From Neophaeotheca triangularis (taxonomy: Eukaryota), in NCBI GenBank assembly GCA_054600435.1, contig BAAIJX010000002.1, positions 620,001-684,000 on the forward strand: a stretch of DNA of 64,000 nucleotides. Reading direction: 5' to 3'. How positions within the stretch are numbered: position 1 is the first letter of the stretch; every line of letters starts with the position of its first letter. A program made the translations under genes and the position numbers. Below the pieces are notes generated by a model. The model was not told where the DNA came from and searched no databases. It saw nothing but the letters and a program-made list of their open reading frames with translations. Of the stretch, positions 46,426-56,923 are shown piece by piece.

Positions 46426-47373
46426 ATGCCCCAACCCCCTGTCCCCGCCCCGGGAATCTGGGCCCCAGCCATTACCTTCATTGACCCCTCCACCGACACC
46501 CTCGCCCTCGCCGCCCAAACCACTTACTTCCAATACCTCTCACGTCACCTAACCGGGCTCGTAATCCTCGGCACCAACGCCGAAACGTTCCTCCTAACCC
46601 GCGCCGAGCGCTCCACCCTCCTGCGCACCGCCCGCTCCGCCGTCGGGCCCTCGTACCCCCTCATGGCCGGCGTGAGCGGCCACTCGACGGCCCAAGTGCT
46701 GGAATACATCGCCGACGCCGTCGAAGCGGGCATGGACTACTTGCTCGTGCTGCCGCCGGCGTACCTGGGCAAAGCCGCCACGAGCGACGCCGTGGTCGAG
46801 GCCTTTTACGACGCCGTCGTCGCCGCTTCGCCCCTGCCCGTCGTGCTTTACAATTTCCCCGGTGTCTGTAACGGCGTGGATATGGACTCGGACCTGATTG
46901 AGCGGTTGGCTTTGAAGCATGCCGGCAGGATTACTGGGGTCAAATTGACGTGCGCCAGTGTCGCCAAGATTGTCAGACTCGCTGCTGTTTTGCCCAGGGG
47001 GGTTTTTAGTGTTTTTGGCGGACAGGCGGATTTTTTGTTGGGTGGGTTGGTCAGTGGGAGTGCGGGGTGTATTTCTGCAATGGCGAATGTGATTCCCAAG
47101 GTGATTGTCAGGGTTTGGGAGTTGTGGCGCGAGGGCAAGGTGGAGGCTGCTTTGGAGTTGCATAGGAAGGCGGCGAGGGCGGAGAGGGTTTGTAAGGGTG
47201 GGATTGCCGGGACCAAGTTTGCGGTTGCTTTGCTGAGTGCGAGGTTGGCGGGAATTGAGGGCGCAGAAGAGTTGTTGGGGCCGAGGAGGCCTTATGGGCC
47301 GCTTGGGGAGGCGGGGAGGGAGGGAATTAGGGGGTTGTTGGAGGAAGTGAGGGGCCTGGAGGAGGACTTGTAG
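46426..47373 (+). CDS. DHDPS/NAL-family class I aldolase (L-threo-3-deoxy-hexulosonate aldolase-like)
   Basis: PGIWAPAITF, GTNAE, LVLPPAY, YNFPGV, Schiff-base Lys in GVKLTC, GGQADFL. Confidence 0.9.
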   Translation: MPQPPVPAPGIWAPAITFIDPSTDTLALAAQTTYFQYLSRHLTGLVILGTNAETFLLTRAERSTLLRTARSAVGPSYPLMAGVSGHSTAQVLEYIADAVEAGMDYLLVLPPAYLGKAATSDAVVEAFYDAVVAASPLPVVLYNFPGVCNGVDMDSDLIERLALKHAGRITGVKLTCASVAKIVRLAAVLPRGVFSVFGGQADFLLGGLVSGSAGCISAMANVIPKVIVRVWELWREGKVEAALELHRKAARAERVCKGGIAGTKFAVALLSARLAGIEGAEELLGPRRPYGPLGEAGREGIRGLLEEVRGLEEDL

Positions 47374-48284
47374 TTGGTGAGGAGGTTTGTGAGATGGATA
47401 GGGGTTTGGTTGCGGTTGCGAGCTTTGGACGGACTTGGCATCTTTGGTTGGAAGTTAGGTTGCGAAGGTGGAAGGGCAATGAGAGGCACCTTTTTCCCTA
47501 CAATTCGTTGGTCCTCCATATAGTGGATGCCCGATGCAACTTGCAAACGGGCTACACCAAAAAAGTCCGCAACGGTCATACAACCGCCATCACTGAGGAA
47601 GTCGTAGACAAGAATCCCCCGAGAAACAGTCTCGGCGCTTGCGTTGTCGAGAGTGGGCGGTTCAACTCCTCAGTCAAGTCAAAAGCCAAGAGGGTGTTGG
47701 GTCATTCCACAGCATCACCGACCGTCATCTACCTACCTAGGTACTGGTACAGCAACATTACTTCTTCTTGGTAGTAAGGTAGTAAAGAAAAAAAAAGGCA
47801 CCGGGTATAGGACTATACCTAGCATACCACACCACACCACAGCGAACTAAGAGGGTCTGTACGTGCTGAGACAAGAAGGTTATCTCCTACCACGCTACGT
47901 TGATGCAACTGTAGTGTGCTACCCCAACCCTTAACCGGGAGGATTCGCCGGGACAGCTTCCTCAGAATAATTCGCTTGAGTTGCCGTCGCTTCATTCAAC
48001 AGGGCAAGTTCGACGACCTAGCGTTCCTCGCCTCGAGCCCCAGTCTGCTCCACTCGTCCTCCACAAGCTACTCTCTGGTCAGCAACTCCCACCACGTTCT
48101 CCGAGCTGCGGTGACGGCGACCCGCCAGTATGAAGGCTATCGATACAAAGGCTAGCTAGCCGAGCATGCCACCAGACCATAAGTACAACCATTCCCCGCT
48201 CAAGTGCTAAGTGTCCTGTCCTCCCCAAACCTTCCTTCCATCCCATCGCCCTCCCCCTCGCGTTGAGCCTGCACCTTAGCAACC

Positions 48285-50104
48285 ATGGCACCACCACCCC
48301 TCGACACCGACGTCCTGATCATAGGCGCGGGCATGTCCGGCCTCGGCCTGGCCGTCCAAATGATCCGCAAGCACCAAAACCGCAACTTCGAGCTGATAGA
48401 AAAGACCCACGACGTCGGCGGCACGTGGCTGGTAAACACCTACCCAGGCTGCGGCTGCGATGTGGCCTCGCACTTCTACAGCTATTCGTTCGAATTAAAC
48501 CCCGACTGGAGCCGTAAATTCAGCATGCAGAGCGAAATCCAGGCGTACTTTCGCGGCGTGGCGGAGAAGTACGGCGTCGATCGACACGTGCGGTATGGGA
48601 AGATGGTGGAGACGGCGAGGTGGGTGGAAGACGACCAGTTCTGGGAAGTCCAGGTTCGGGACTTGCGGACCCGGGAGCTGGTGGTTAAGAGGTGTAGGGC
48701 GTTGGTTTCGGCCGTGGGGAATTTGAGTATTCCTCGCCCTTGTGAGATTCCTGGGAATGAGGAGTTCAAGGGGAGGTTGTTCCATTCGGCGCAGTGGGAT
48801 AATTCTTTCGATTGGGAGGATAAGGATGTGGTTGTGCTAGGTAATGGGTGCTCTGCGACGCAGTTTGTGCCTATTGTCGCGCAGACGGCCAGGCAGACGA
48901 CGCAGTTTAGTCGGCAGGCTCAGTTCCTTGCCGAACGCGAGAACCCGACATACTCGTCGCTGTTCAAAGGCGTAATGAGGAATGTGCCGCTTGCTATGCG
49001 CCTTTACAGGTTTGTGCTGTACGCACAAATGGAGAGGGACTTTGCGGGTTTCGACATAGGCAAGTCTCACCGTAATGAAGAGGTAAAGCCTCGGAAGCCT
49101 CGAAGCTAACCGCATCCGCACTTGCAGAAACCGGCAAACCCATCCGCAAAGCTCTAGCGGAGGAGAACGAGGCATACGTTAAGGCGAAAGCCCCCGAGCG
49201 ATACTGGGACGCCCTGATACCGAAGACCGAAATTGGCTGCAAGCGCAAAGTCCTAGACACAGACTATCTCGCCAGCCTGCACAAGCCGAACATGGAGCTC
49301 GTGCCCGAAGACAAGGTAGATCGCATCACGCCAACAGGCGTAATGACATCTTCCGGCCGCGAGATTCACGCCGACGCTATCATCCTCGCCACTGGTTTCG
49401 AAGTCCACCGCATGCTCTCTCCCATGGAAATCATCGGCCGCAACGGCACTACCCTAAACCAATACTGGGACACCCATCACGAAGGCGCCGCCCAAGCCTA
49501 CCTCGGCACCAGCGTACCGGGCTTCCCCAACTTCTTCACCCTCATGGGCCCCAACACCGTCACCGGCCATTTATCCGTAATCTACACGGTCGAATGCCAA
49601 ATCAACTTCGTCCTCCGCCTGCTGCAACCCATCCTCCAGACCCTACAGACCTCGCGCTCCCGCAGTCTGCTCCCCAGCATCGCCCCCACCGCCACTGCCG
49701 TCGATGTCAAACCCGTCGCCGCGCACCAGGACAGCAAAACCATGCAAGCCAAACTCCGCAAGCTCGTGTGGGCTTCTGGCTGCACTTCTTGGGCTCTGGA
49801 TCCTAAGACCGGGCAGAACATCGCCATGTATCCGGACTGGCAGTTTTGGTTCTGGTGGCGGAGCGTTTTCATTCCTAGCGGGGACTTTGAGTACAAGGAC
49901 GGCGTGAGTGGGAGAGTGGGGAATTTGGTAGTCGGGGGCTGGAGGGTTTTGAGGAATGCAGTTTGGGGCGGTATTGTGGCTGGGGCTACTTTTGCTTGCG
50001 TTGTGGGTTTGAGGAGGAGTGGGCGGCTGCAGGGGGTTGAGGGGGTGGTGAGGAGTGTTTTGAGGGTCGGATTTGAGAGGGGAAGGGGGCTGTTGGGCGC
50101 TTGA
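48285..50104 (+). CDS. Flavin-containing Baeyer-Villiger monooxygenase
   Basis: GAGMSG, GGTWLVNTYPGCGCD, fingerprint FKGRLFHSAQWD, GNGCSA, IGCKRKV, ILATGF, PGFPNFF. One intron ending at 49127, probably GC-AG from 49060. Confidence 0.93.
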
Positions 50105-50715
50105 GGCTGTGGCTTGGCTGACAGTACACGATGCGGTTGAACGATCAGATACCCAGGTAGACGCTGTGTCGGACATGATTATAGTGTTTCTGCGATAGTT
50201 GCGACCTCTGTTGGTGTTGCCCCGTTCGGAAGCAAATGGAACGTCAATCGCTAAATCGCTGTTCGTCGTATGATTATGTTGTCAGCAGATCGTGTCTCCG
50301 GCTCATGCCTTTTGTGAGACGTTGTCTTCTGATCTTGTTTGCTGGGCGTACCAGTAGCCCGCCTGGCGAGGCAGATGGTGTCTCTGGCTGTCCCGGTGGC
50401 GTCTTAACGAGGACGCCTTTTGACTGCGGAATGGCCATCTACTTTAAGACACAGTGACAACGAGTACCTACTGAGTATGTATAGTTGTAGCTGCTTTGCC
50501 GCGAAGAAGTGTGAATGCGAAGACCCGAGTGGGAGGTGCCGTGTCGACCGTGTACCTAGGTAGGTCGTTGCAAGCTGCCCTGGACGTCATTCCTTGGAGC
50601 TCACCCTGGCCCGAGCTTCCCATCGTCAGCCTCACCTTCGCCCTTGAACCTCCATCTTCCGTAAGCATAAGTTACTAGCAAGGCTATCACCTTCACCTAT
50701 TCATCGACGACCATC

Positions 50716-52926
50716 ATGGACGAACAAACCTTCCAGACCGAGCTGGCGCAATTGAAGCAGCACGTTGGCCAGATGTACCAGGCTTTCGAGAGACAGCAAG
50801 CATACCCGGCCGCCAACAACCTGCCTCGCGGCCCGCCGTCTCCATCAACTCCTGCCGATGCCTTCTCGACTCGGCTCGACGAGCTCAGAGGACGCCTCTC
50901 AGAGCTACAAGTATCCATGGGCCAGCAAGCGCAGAGTTTCGCCGCGATGCCATCACAATACCAGCTGCCTTCATCTGGCGCAGGGTGGGGTGGCGGCGCT
51001 CCTTCACAACCTCAGCACATGCACGCTACTTCTCTACCGGCAGCAGACACCACCGAATTTGCTTTACCCTCCGGGCCGCGTTTCTGGGACCTCGTCAACT
51101 CGCTGCGCAACGAGCTTTGCAGCGTGAACTCTCGCGTGGCGGATGTGGAGCACTCGGTTTCTGAGCTCGACGACAGGCTGGAATCGCTGGAGCCGAAGCG
51201 TTTCACACCTACTAGCAGTGTTCTGTCGACTCAGGAGCAATACGATCTCCCTGACGAGGAGGCCGAGTGCGATCGTTTTGACACGATTGTCGACACAGAT
51301 GAGGGAGCCATGTCGCCTGACAATGGACTTCATGATGTCGAGAAAGCACTGGACGATATGGAGAAGAATCTTGGCGATGCCCGCAAGGGACTTGATGAAG
51401 CGAAAAGGTCACGAGTGGGGAAAGCAGCCTCGCAGTGCTCCTGTATGGATTTTCAGGCGGGGGCGGCAAAACGTGCACTCCAAGAAGGCATCTTCACCCA
51501 TGCTAGTCCATCGTTCACTAAACCCTATCGTAGCGGAGACGAACCGGCTCCCGGAGCGCACAACAGTACTACAAGTGCAAGCGAGGAAGGCGTTGTCTTT
51601 AGAGACAATGAGATACTGCGTCTTGAAGAACTATTGCGAGACGCGCACGAGAAGCTAACGACGCAAGAAGATATCATCAGCGCCCGACAAAACGAGATTG
51701 ATCAGCTGCAAGACGACTACGAGCACCGTATTAGAGCCAACGAGAAACAGTTCTACGCAAAGTGCGATGACGCGCAACGTGAAGAGCAGAATACGGGAGT
51801 CGCCCTACAGGCTAACCGCCGGCTTCTCAAAGAGCGCACTATGCTGGAAGGCCGCGTCTCCGACTTGGAACAGGCTTTGTACAAGGCTCGTGAAGCTTCG
51901 CGCGCCGAGGACGAGGACTTTGATCGCGTCATCGCAACTAAAGACGAGGAGATCAGGCGTTTAAGTGAGTTTTGCGAGCAAAAGGACTTTGTTGCGTCAG
52001 AGCAGGAGGCGATTATTGCTCGTGGTGCGGGCTTGCTCGAACAGCGTGACGACTACATTGAGCGTCTAGAGAATCGACTGAGGCGACACGAGGAAGATGC
52101 CACGCATGATGCTCGCGAGGCTGACAGACTCTTACATGACGCTCAGAGCCGGAATAGAAGTCTCCTTGGCAAGCTGGACGAGCTGCAGGCTGATCTGAAG
52201 CGTCGCGAGGATGTCGAACTACATGTGAAGGAGGAAGCCGAGCGCAACAAGCAGCCATGGGCTTTCGCCGTCGAAAGAGCTCGTTTGGGGGATCCATCCA
52301 AGCAGCCGCTCAGGTGGAGTTTGAGCCAAGACGTTGATTTCGGTAAGCGCACGCCTTACGAGCAAGCTCGCGCGTCACTTTGGGGATCAGAGAAGCCCTC
52401 TGAGAAGCCTCGCATGGCGAATGATGCGCAGGCATCGAGTCCAGCCGGCAGTAAATCGAGATACCGTCGCGGGAGCGGCTCGAAAAGGGACTCGCAAGGT
52501 CGTAGCGACAATCGTGGCTTGACATCGAAGCGTCCGGGCTCGCCGCCACATCAAGGCCAAGGCCATGGTCCTCCCCTTGAAGAGCAGCACGCTGGCACTT
52601 CAAAGCATCTTGCTGGGCAATCGTGGATCGAAGACTTCTTGATCCCTTCAAACCAGCCATCGTCGCATCGAACAAAGAACGATCGCAAGCTAGCAGATCC
52701 GTCTCTCCAGCCGCCACTGCCCGCGCCAACTCGCTCTCTAAATCACTCGCAATCCATGGCCACGATGCGACCGCCAAGGGAAGAGGAGGCTCGGAGGCGG
52801 GATGGTAAGCAGAACAAAAGCCTCTCCAGACACCAGTCCTTACAGCATCTGCCCAAGCGCAGAACACAACCTCACCAGGCTTATGTAGAGACTGAGACCG
52901 AGAGCGATGCTCGGGAGGACGTCTAA
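50716..52926 (+). CDS. Hypothetical coiled-coil protein (736 aa)
   Basis: Long intronless ORF with E/L/R heptad-rich segments and a disordered C-terminus ending AYVETETESD. Confidence 0.8.
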   Translation: MDEQTFQTELAQLKQHVGQMYQAFERQQAYPAANNLPRGPPSPSTPADAFSTRLDELRGRLSELQVSMGQQAQSFAAMPSQYQLPSSGAGWGGGAPSQPQHMHATSLPAADTTEFALPSGPRFWDLVNSLRNELCSVNSRVADVEHSVSELDDRLESLEPKRFTPTSSVLSTQEQYDLPDEEAECDRFDTIVDTDEGAMSPDNGLHDVEKALDDMEKNLGDARKGLDEAKRSRVGKAASQCSCMDFQAGAAKRALQEGIFTHASPSFTKPYRSGDEPAPGAHNSTTSASEEGVVFRDNEILRLEELLRDAHEKLTTQEDIISARQNEIDQLQDDYEHRIRANEKQFYAKCDDAQREEQNTGVALQANRRLLKERTMLEGRVSDLEQALYKAREASRAEDEDFDRVIATKDEEIRRLSEFCEQKDFVASEQEAIIARGAGLLEQRDDYIERLENRLRRHEEDATHDAREADRLLHDAQSRNRSLLGKLDELQADLKRREDVELHVKEEAERNKQPWAFAVERARLGDPSKQPLRWSLSQDVDFGKRTPYEQARASLWGSEKPSEKPRMANDAQASSPAGSKSRYRRGSGSKRDSQGRSDNRGLTSKRPGSPPHQGQGHGPPLEEQHAGTSKHLAGQSWIEDFLIPSNQPSSHRTKNDRKLADPSLQPPLPAPTRSLNHSQSMATMRPPREEEARRRDGKQNKSLSRHQSLQHLPKRRTQPHQAYVETETESDAREDV

Positions 52927-53380
52927 AGCGGGTAGCGAGGGTGCAAGGAAGTATTTAAGCTTCTATTGTGTAACATTAGGTCGCTACGCATGGTAGATTG
53001 TGCTGCATCGTCATTCCCTGTCTGACATACGAGTGTTCTCAGATAACGTTCTAGATTATTATTGATGGTGTCGCTGGTGCCAGGTGGACCAATGCCGTCG
53101 GCGCACGTGATGCACACCGCTTCTGCATGTCGGATAAGAGTTTGAAGGAACATCGGGGCGATCCTCCACCATATGTGGGATGACGCTCGAACCTGCAGAC
53201 GGACACAGGACTGGCAAGCTTTCCCTCGGGGTCCAACACATCTGGGCAGTGCTTGATAAACCGGTCCTCGGTCCTGTAAGTGTTAAAGGTCTCGCTACTG
53301 CTTTTCTTACTCAACAGTTCAAATCCTTCCTTTTCCCTTAATACCAGTTGAAGAAGGGGAGAAACAGAACACGCCCAAAA

Positions 53381-54223
53381 ATGTCAGATCTACCCTACAG
53401 AAGCCGGCGTCGAGACGACGACGACTACGACGACTACGACCGCCGTCCGCGTCGAGACGACAAACGACGCCCCGCTCCCCGTCGCGCACCCTCCTACGAC
53501 GCAGACCTCAGCGACGACGACCCCCCACCCCGCCGACGAGAAAACAACCGCAAACCCACCCGCAGACACGACGACGACCCGCCCATAACCCGCCCACCCA
53601 TCGGCGGCCGCAGCCCACCCTCGGAATCCCCACCGCCCCGCCGCCGCCGCAAAGACTACGACTACGACGACTACGACGACCCCCCACCCCGCTCCTCCCG
53701 CCCCAAACCCCGCCCCACCTACCCCTCCGACTCGGAATCCCCGCCCCCGCGTCGCCGCCGCGACGACTACGACCGTCGAGACCGCGACCGCGGCTACCGT
53801 AGCGACGACCGCCGCCGCGATCCCCCTCCCCGCCGAGCCAAAGACTACCACGACCGGGGCTACGCGACCGAGGGCCGCAAGCCGGCCAAAGACAGCACGC
53901 GCGACCGCCGCCGCGACCGCGACCGCGACCGCGAGCGCTACTACGACGACCTCGGGTACGGGGACAAGGATGAGCGGCGCAAGAGGGACAAGTACGCCAA
54001 AGAACGCGAGCGCGAGGGTGGTGGAGGTGTCGGTGGGGGTGCGGCCGCCGGCCTGGCGGGCCTGGGCAAGTATGCCAAGTATGCCGACAAATTGGACATG
54101 GATAAGATTGGGCGGTATGTGGAGACGGGGCAGAAGCATTGGAAGAGTATTGAGCCCGTTGCTAAGCCTATTGCTATGGCGGTTGCTAAGAAGTATATGG
54201 GGGGAGGGGGAGGGGGGAGGTAA
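53381..54223 (+). CDS. Low-complexity Arg/Asp/Pro-rich hypothetical protein
   Basis: ATG in CAAAAATG context (MSDLPY); RD/YDD/PPPRRR repeats, then a short helical C-terminal segment. Confidence 0.7.
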   Translation: MSDLPYRSRRRDDDDYDDYDRRPRRDDKRRPAPRRAPSYDADLSDDDPPPRRRENNRKPTRRHDDDPPITRPPIGGRSPPSESPPPRRRRKDYDYDDYDDPPPRSSRPKPRPTYPSDSESPPPRRRRDDYDRRDRDRGYRSDDRRRDPPPRRAKDYHDRGYATEGRKPAKDSTRDRRRDRDRDRERYYDDLGYGDKDERRKRDKYAKEREREGGGGVGGGAAAGLAGLGKYAKYADKLDMDKIGRYVETGQKHWKSIEPVAKPIAMAVAKKYMGGGGGGR

Positions 54224-54631
54224 GGTGAGGACGGAGAGTGTTGTGGAAGTCTGCGGTTGACCTGGGGGGACTTTAGTCTGGACACCGGGGCATGGCTGGC
54301 TTGGGATTTGGATGTTGTTGGGTTTTGCCGAGCGCTGCGGGTTTTGGACGAGCTTCAACATGGAGGGATGGACGGGACTACTATTGCTAGATTGGGTGAA
54401 TAGACCCTCACTTTCAGATCATGGCGAGGCGTTGGGCGCGCTGCTTCCTCTCGGCTCCTGATATAGGAATACTAATGAGTAGACGTACGTTGCCATCTTA
54501 TTTCATGAGAAAGCGGGGAAGCTTGCCTCGAGCGAGTGCAAGCTCCGGTTGACTGTGTTTCCGAGCTTCTGTCCCGCAGCTGTGCTTCCTAGCGAAAGGC
54601 CTGCCACTGTCCTCACCCCAGACCAGGTCTA

Positions 54632-56590
54632 TCAGATCTCGCTAATACGCACACTCTTCCTGACATGCCTCTGCGGTCGGCCACTCTGGCTAGTCCCCAA
54701 TTTGCCCTCTTCGTTCGCCTCTTTGGGCTTCCCATCTGTATCCGTCTCCTTTGTCGCTGCGTCCTCACTCACTTTCTCCTTCTCCTTCTCCTTTTTCTCT
54801 TGATCCACGGCGACCTCCCCCTTATCGCTTTTCGCCTCCGCGAGTCCCACCTCCCCCTTCCCAACACTCCCCCTTTTCTTCAACGCACTAGGCAACGCAG
54901 ACGGCTTCCTAGCCACCTTCCTCCTATCCCCCCGTGCCCCCTCCTCAAGTCCAACTCCCAACCCCGCCTCCGGAGTCCCGAGCTCATTCGCGGCGACACT
55001 GCCTCTAAGCGGCAACCTCATTGCCAGAACCGCCTCCGGAGCGCGCTCGCACCTCCCCATAACCCCGCGCATCGCCTCCTGCACCTCGCTCACAGGCGCC
55101 ACCCACTGCCGCACCAGCTTCATGATTTCCTCGCGCCCGTAAGGCACTTCCACCATCATGGTTATGGGTTGCCAGTACTCGCTTTCAGGGTCTAGGCCCA
55201 CAGGGTCGACAGCGTCGCGGCCAAAGCGGGTCGTTATAAAAGAGACTAGGGTGTGTTGGGGGGAGAGGGTTTCGAGGATGCTGTGACGCGGGAAGAGGAA
55301 GCGGTCGTCGGTGGCGTTCGGGGACACGAATTGTATTAGGACTGGGTTTGGGGGTGGTGGGAGCGGGGGTTGCGGTGGGTGTGGGGTGGTGTAGGGTGCG
55401 GGTCTTTGGAGAGGTTGGGGTTGCTGTTGCGGCGTGTAGGCGTAGGGTGGGCGTGGGGGTTGAGGGGTTGGGGTGGAGGTTTGTGAGTTTTGTTGAGGGG
55501 GTTGTTGTGGCTGTGGTTTGAGGGGGGATTTGGCGTCGTTACTGCCGTCGTACTGGATTGTTTCGGTCACTTGTCGTTGGGCTGCTGCTTTGGCCTCGGC
55601 AGCAGCAGCTTCTTCTTCTGCGGCCTTTTTCTTTTGGATCGCTGCGGTGAGTTCGTCGATGTGTCGTTGGAAGACTGTTAGCTGCTCGGGGGTTGCGCTC
55701 CCCGTTGCTACTTCTTTCATGAGCCCTTTGAGCTCTGGGTCTGACGATGCGCGGGAGGCGAGCATGCTTATGACGGGATCGGCAGACTGTTTCTTGTCGG
55801 ATTGAGGCGTTGATTGAGGTGCTGGAGCTGGTCGTGGAGGTTGTGGGGTGTGTTGAGCCCGCTGTGGGGGTATGGGCGAGGCTCTGTGTGGTGTGTCATA
55901 TTGGCGCATATGTGGAACAGCTGGAGTATGTTGTTGACTTTGCTGCGGCTGCACCGGGCGTTGTTGCTGGATCGGTGGGAGAGTGCGGTTCTGATAATAA
56001 GGCTGACCTGTTCCATCGAGTTGGCTCTGACCCTTGTGCTTGGGTCTCTGAGCCGCATTAAACGTACCTTGACCGTATGCGTACTGCTGCTGCTGCTGCT
56101 TGACCGGCTTCGGCTTCTCCTTTTCCTCGACATAGACGTCGACTTCGATAATATGTGGCTCTATTCTCAGCCTGCATCTCCCTTTTGACTTTTGCAATTT
56201 GACGTCTGGGTTGTTGGGTGGGAGATTCTTGGCATTCTTGCCGGTGTAATGCCTGGGGTTGACCCAGTACCGTTCAAACACTCCATCGTGGGCCCATTTG
56301 GTGCGGGATCGCTCAAGGGAGGCGGCGAGGACAGCGCTGGCGGCTATGCTTTGGTACTCGGAGTCGGATAAGGCGGCGGACTGGGCTTCTGGAAGGGTCG
56401 GAAGAGGGGTATTGTCGCTAATCTTTGTGGGCAACCGCTTCCTCTCCGGAGCCGGTGAGTTGGGTAGAGACGGAGTTTCTGTGGCTGGTACAGGCGATGG
56501 CTCCATCTTTTGCTTCTTCGACGCCGCCTGAGCTTTGCTTGGGGCCGCCCGTTTCTGCCCAGTCGTCGGCTCGGGGGCGGCAGTGGCCAT
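54632..56590 (-). CDS. SWC3: SWR1-complex subunit Swc3-like protein
   Basis: YQSIAASAVLAASLERSR.KW..GVFERYW, RLRIEPH, DPVISMLASRASSDPELK.LMK.VATG, DRFLFP..SILE. The family name is from recall. Confidence 0.75.
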   Translation of the reverse strand: MATAAPEPTTGQKRAAPSKAQAASKKQKMEPSPVPATETPSLPNSPAPERKRLPTKISDNTPLPTLPEAQSAALSDSEYQSIAASAVLAASLERSRTKWAHDGVFERYWVNPRHYTGKNAKNLPPNNPDVKLQKSKGRCRLRIEPHIIEVDVYVEEKEKPKPVKQQQQQYAYGQGTFNAAQRPKHKGQSQLDGTGQPYYQNRTLPPIQQQRPVQPQQSQQHTPAVPHMRQYDTPHRASPIPPQRAQHTPQPPRPAPAPQSTPQSDKKQSADPVISMLASRASSDPELKGLMKEVATGSATPEQLTVFQRHIDELTAAIQKKKAAEEEAAAAEAKAAAQRQVTETIQYDGSNDAKSPLKPQPQQPPQQNSQTSTPTPQPPRPPYAYTPQQQPQPLQRPAPYTTPHPPQPPLPPPPNPVLIQFVSPNATDDRFLFPRHSILETLSPQHTLVSFITTRFGRDAVDPVGLDPESEYWQPITMMVEVPYGREEIMKLVRQWVAPVSEVQEAMRGVMGRCERAPEAVLAMRLPLRGSVAANELGTPEAGLGVGLEEGARGDRRKVARKPSALPSALKKRGSVGKGEVGLAEAKSDKGEVAVDQEKKEKEKEKVSEDAATKETDTDGKPKEANEEGKLGTSQSGRPQRHVRKSVRISEI

Positions 56591-56923
56591 GTTGCTGCTC
56601 TATGTGGTATCGAACAGCGTCGCAGCCTTAGACGACGGTTGGTATGGTGATGGCCAGGTATGTCGTTACAGCGGCCTCAAGGCTCACACCTGAAGGACGG
56701 GAAGCCCAGTCGTAGGTAGTGGACGTATCGACGCGCACCAATGACGGAAGGGCTTGGCGGACGCGCTTTCGCTTTCGCTTTCACATGCTGAGGTACAGTG
56801 GAGTACATCCAATCATCCATACATAGTACTTCACGTCGCCAACAAGAACATCGTCTCTTCGATCTCAGGTATCAAGCAAATTAGCGGGATGCATCGATAG
56901 CATTGGCGCCGAATTGTTGTAAC

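Noticed and set aside
46426..50104. Aldolase plus BVMO as a secondary-metabolite cluster
   Set aside because: No PKS, NRPS, terpene backbone gene or pathway regulator nearby; adjacency alone is not enough.
53390..54361. 323-aa Val-rich minus-strand ORF
   Set aside because: Antisense shadow of the GAC/CGC-rich plus-strand gene.
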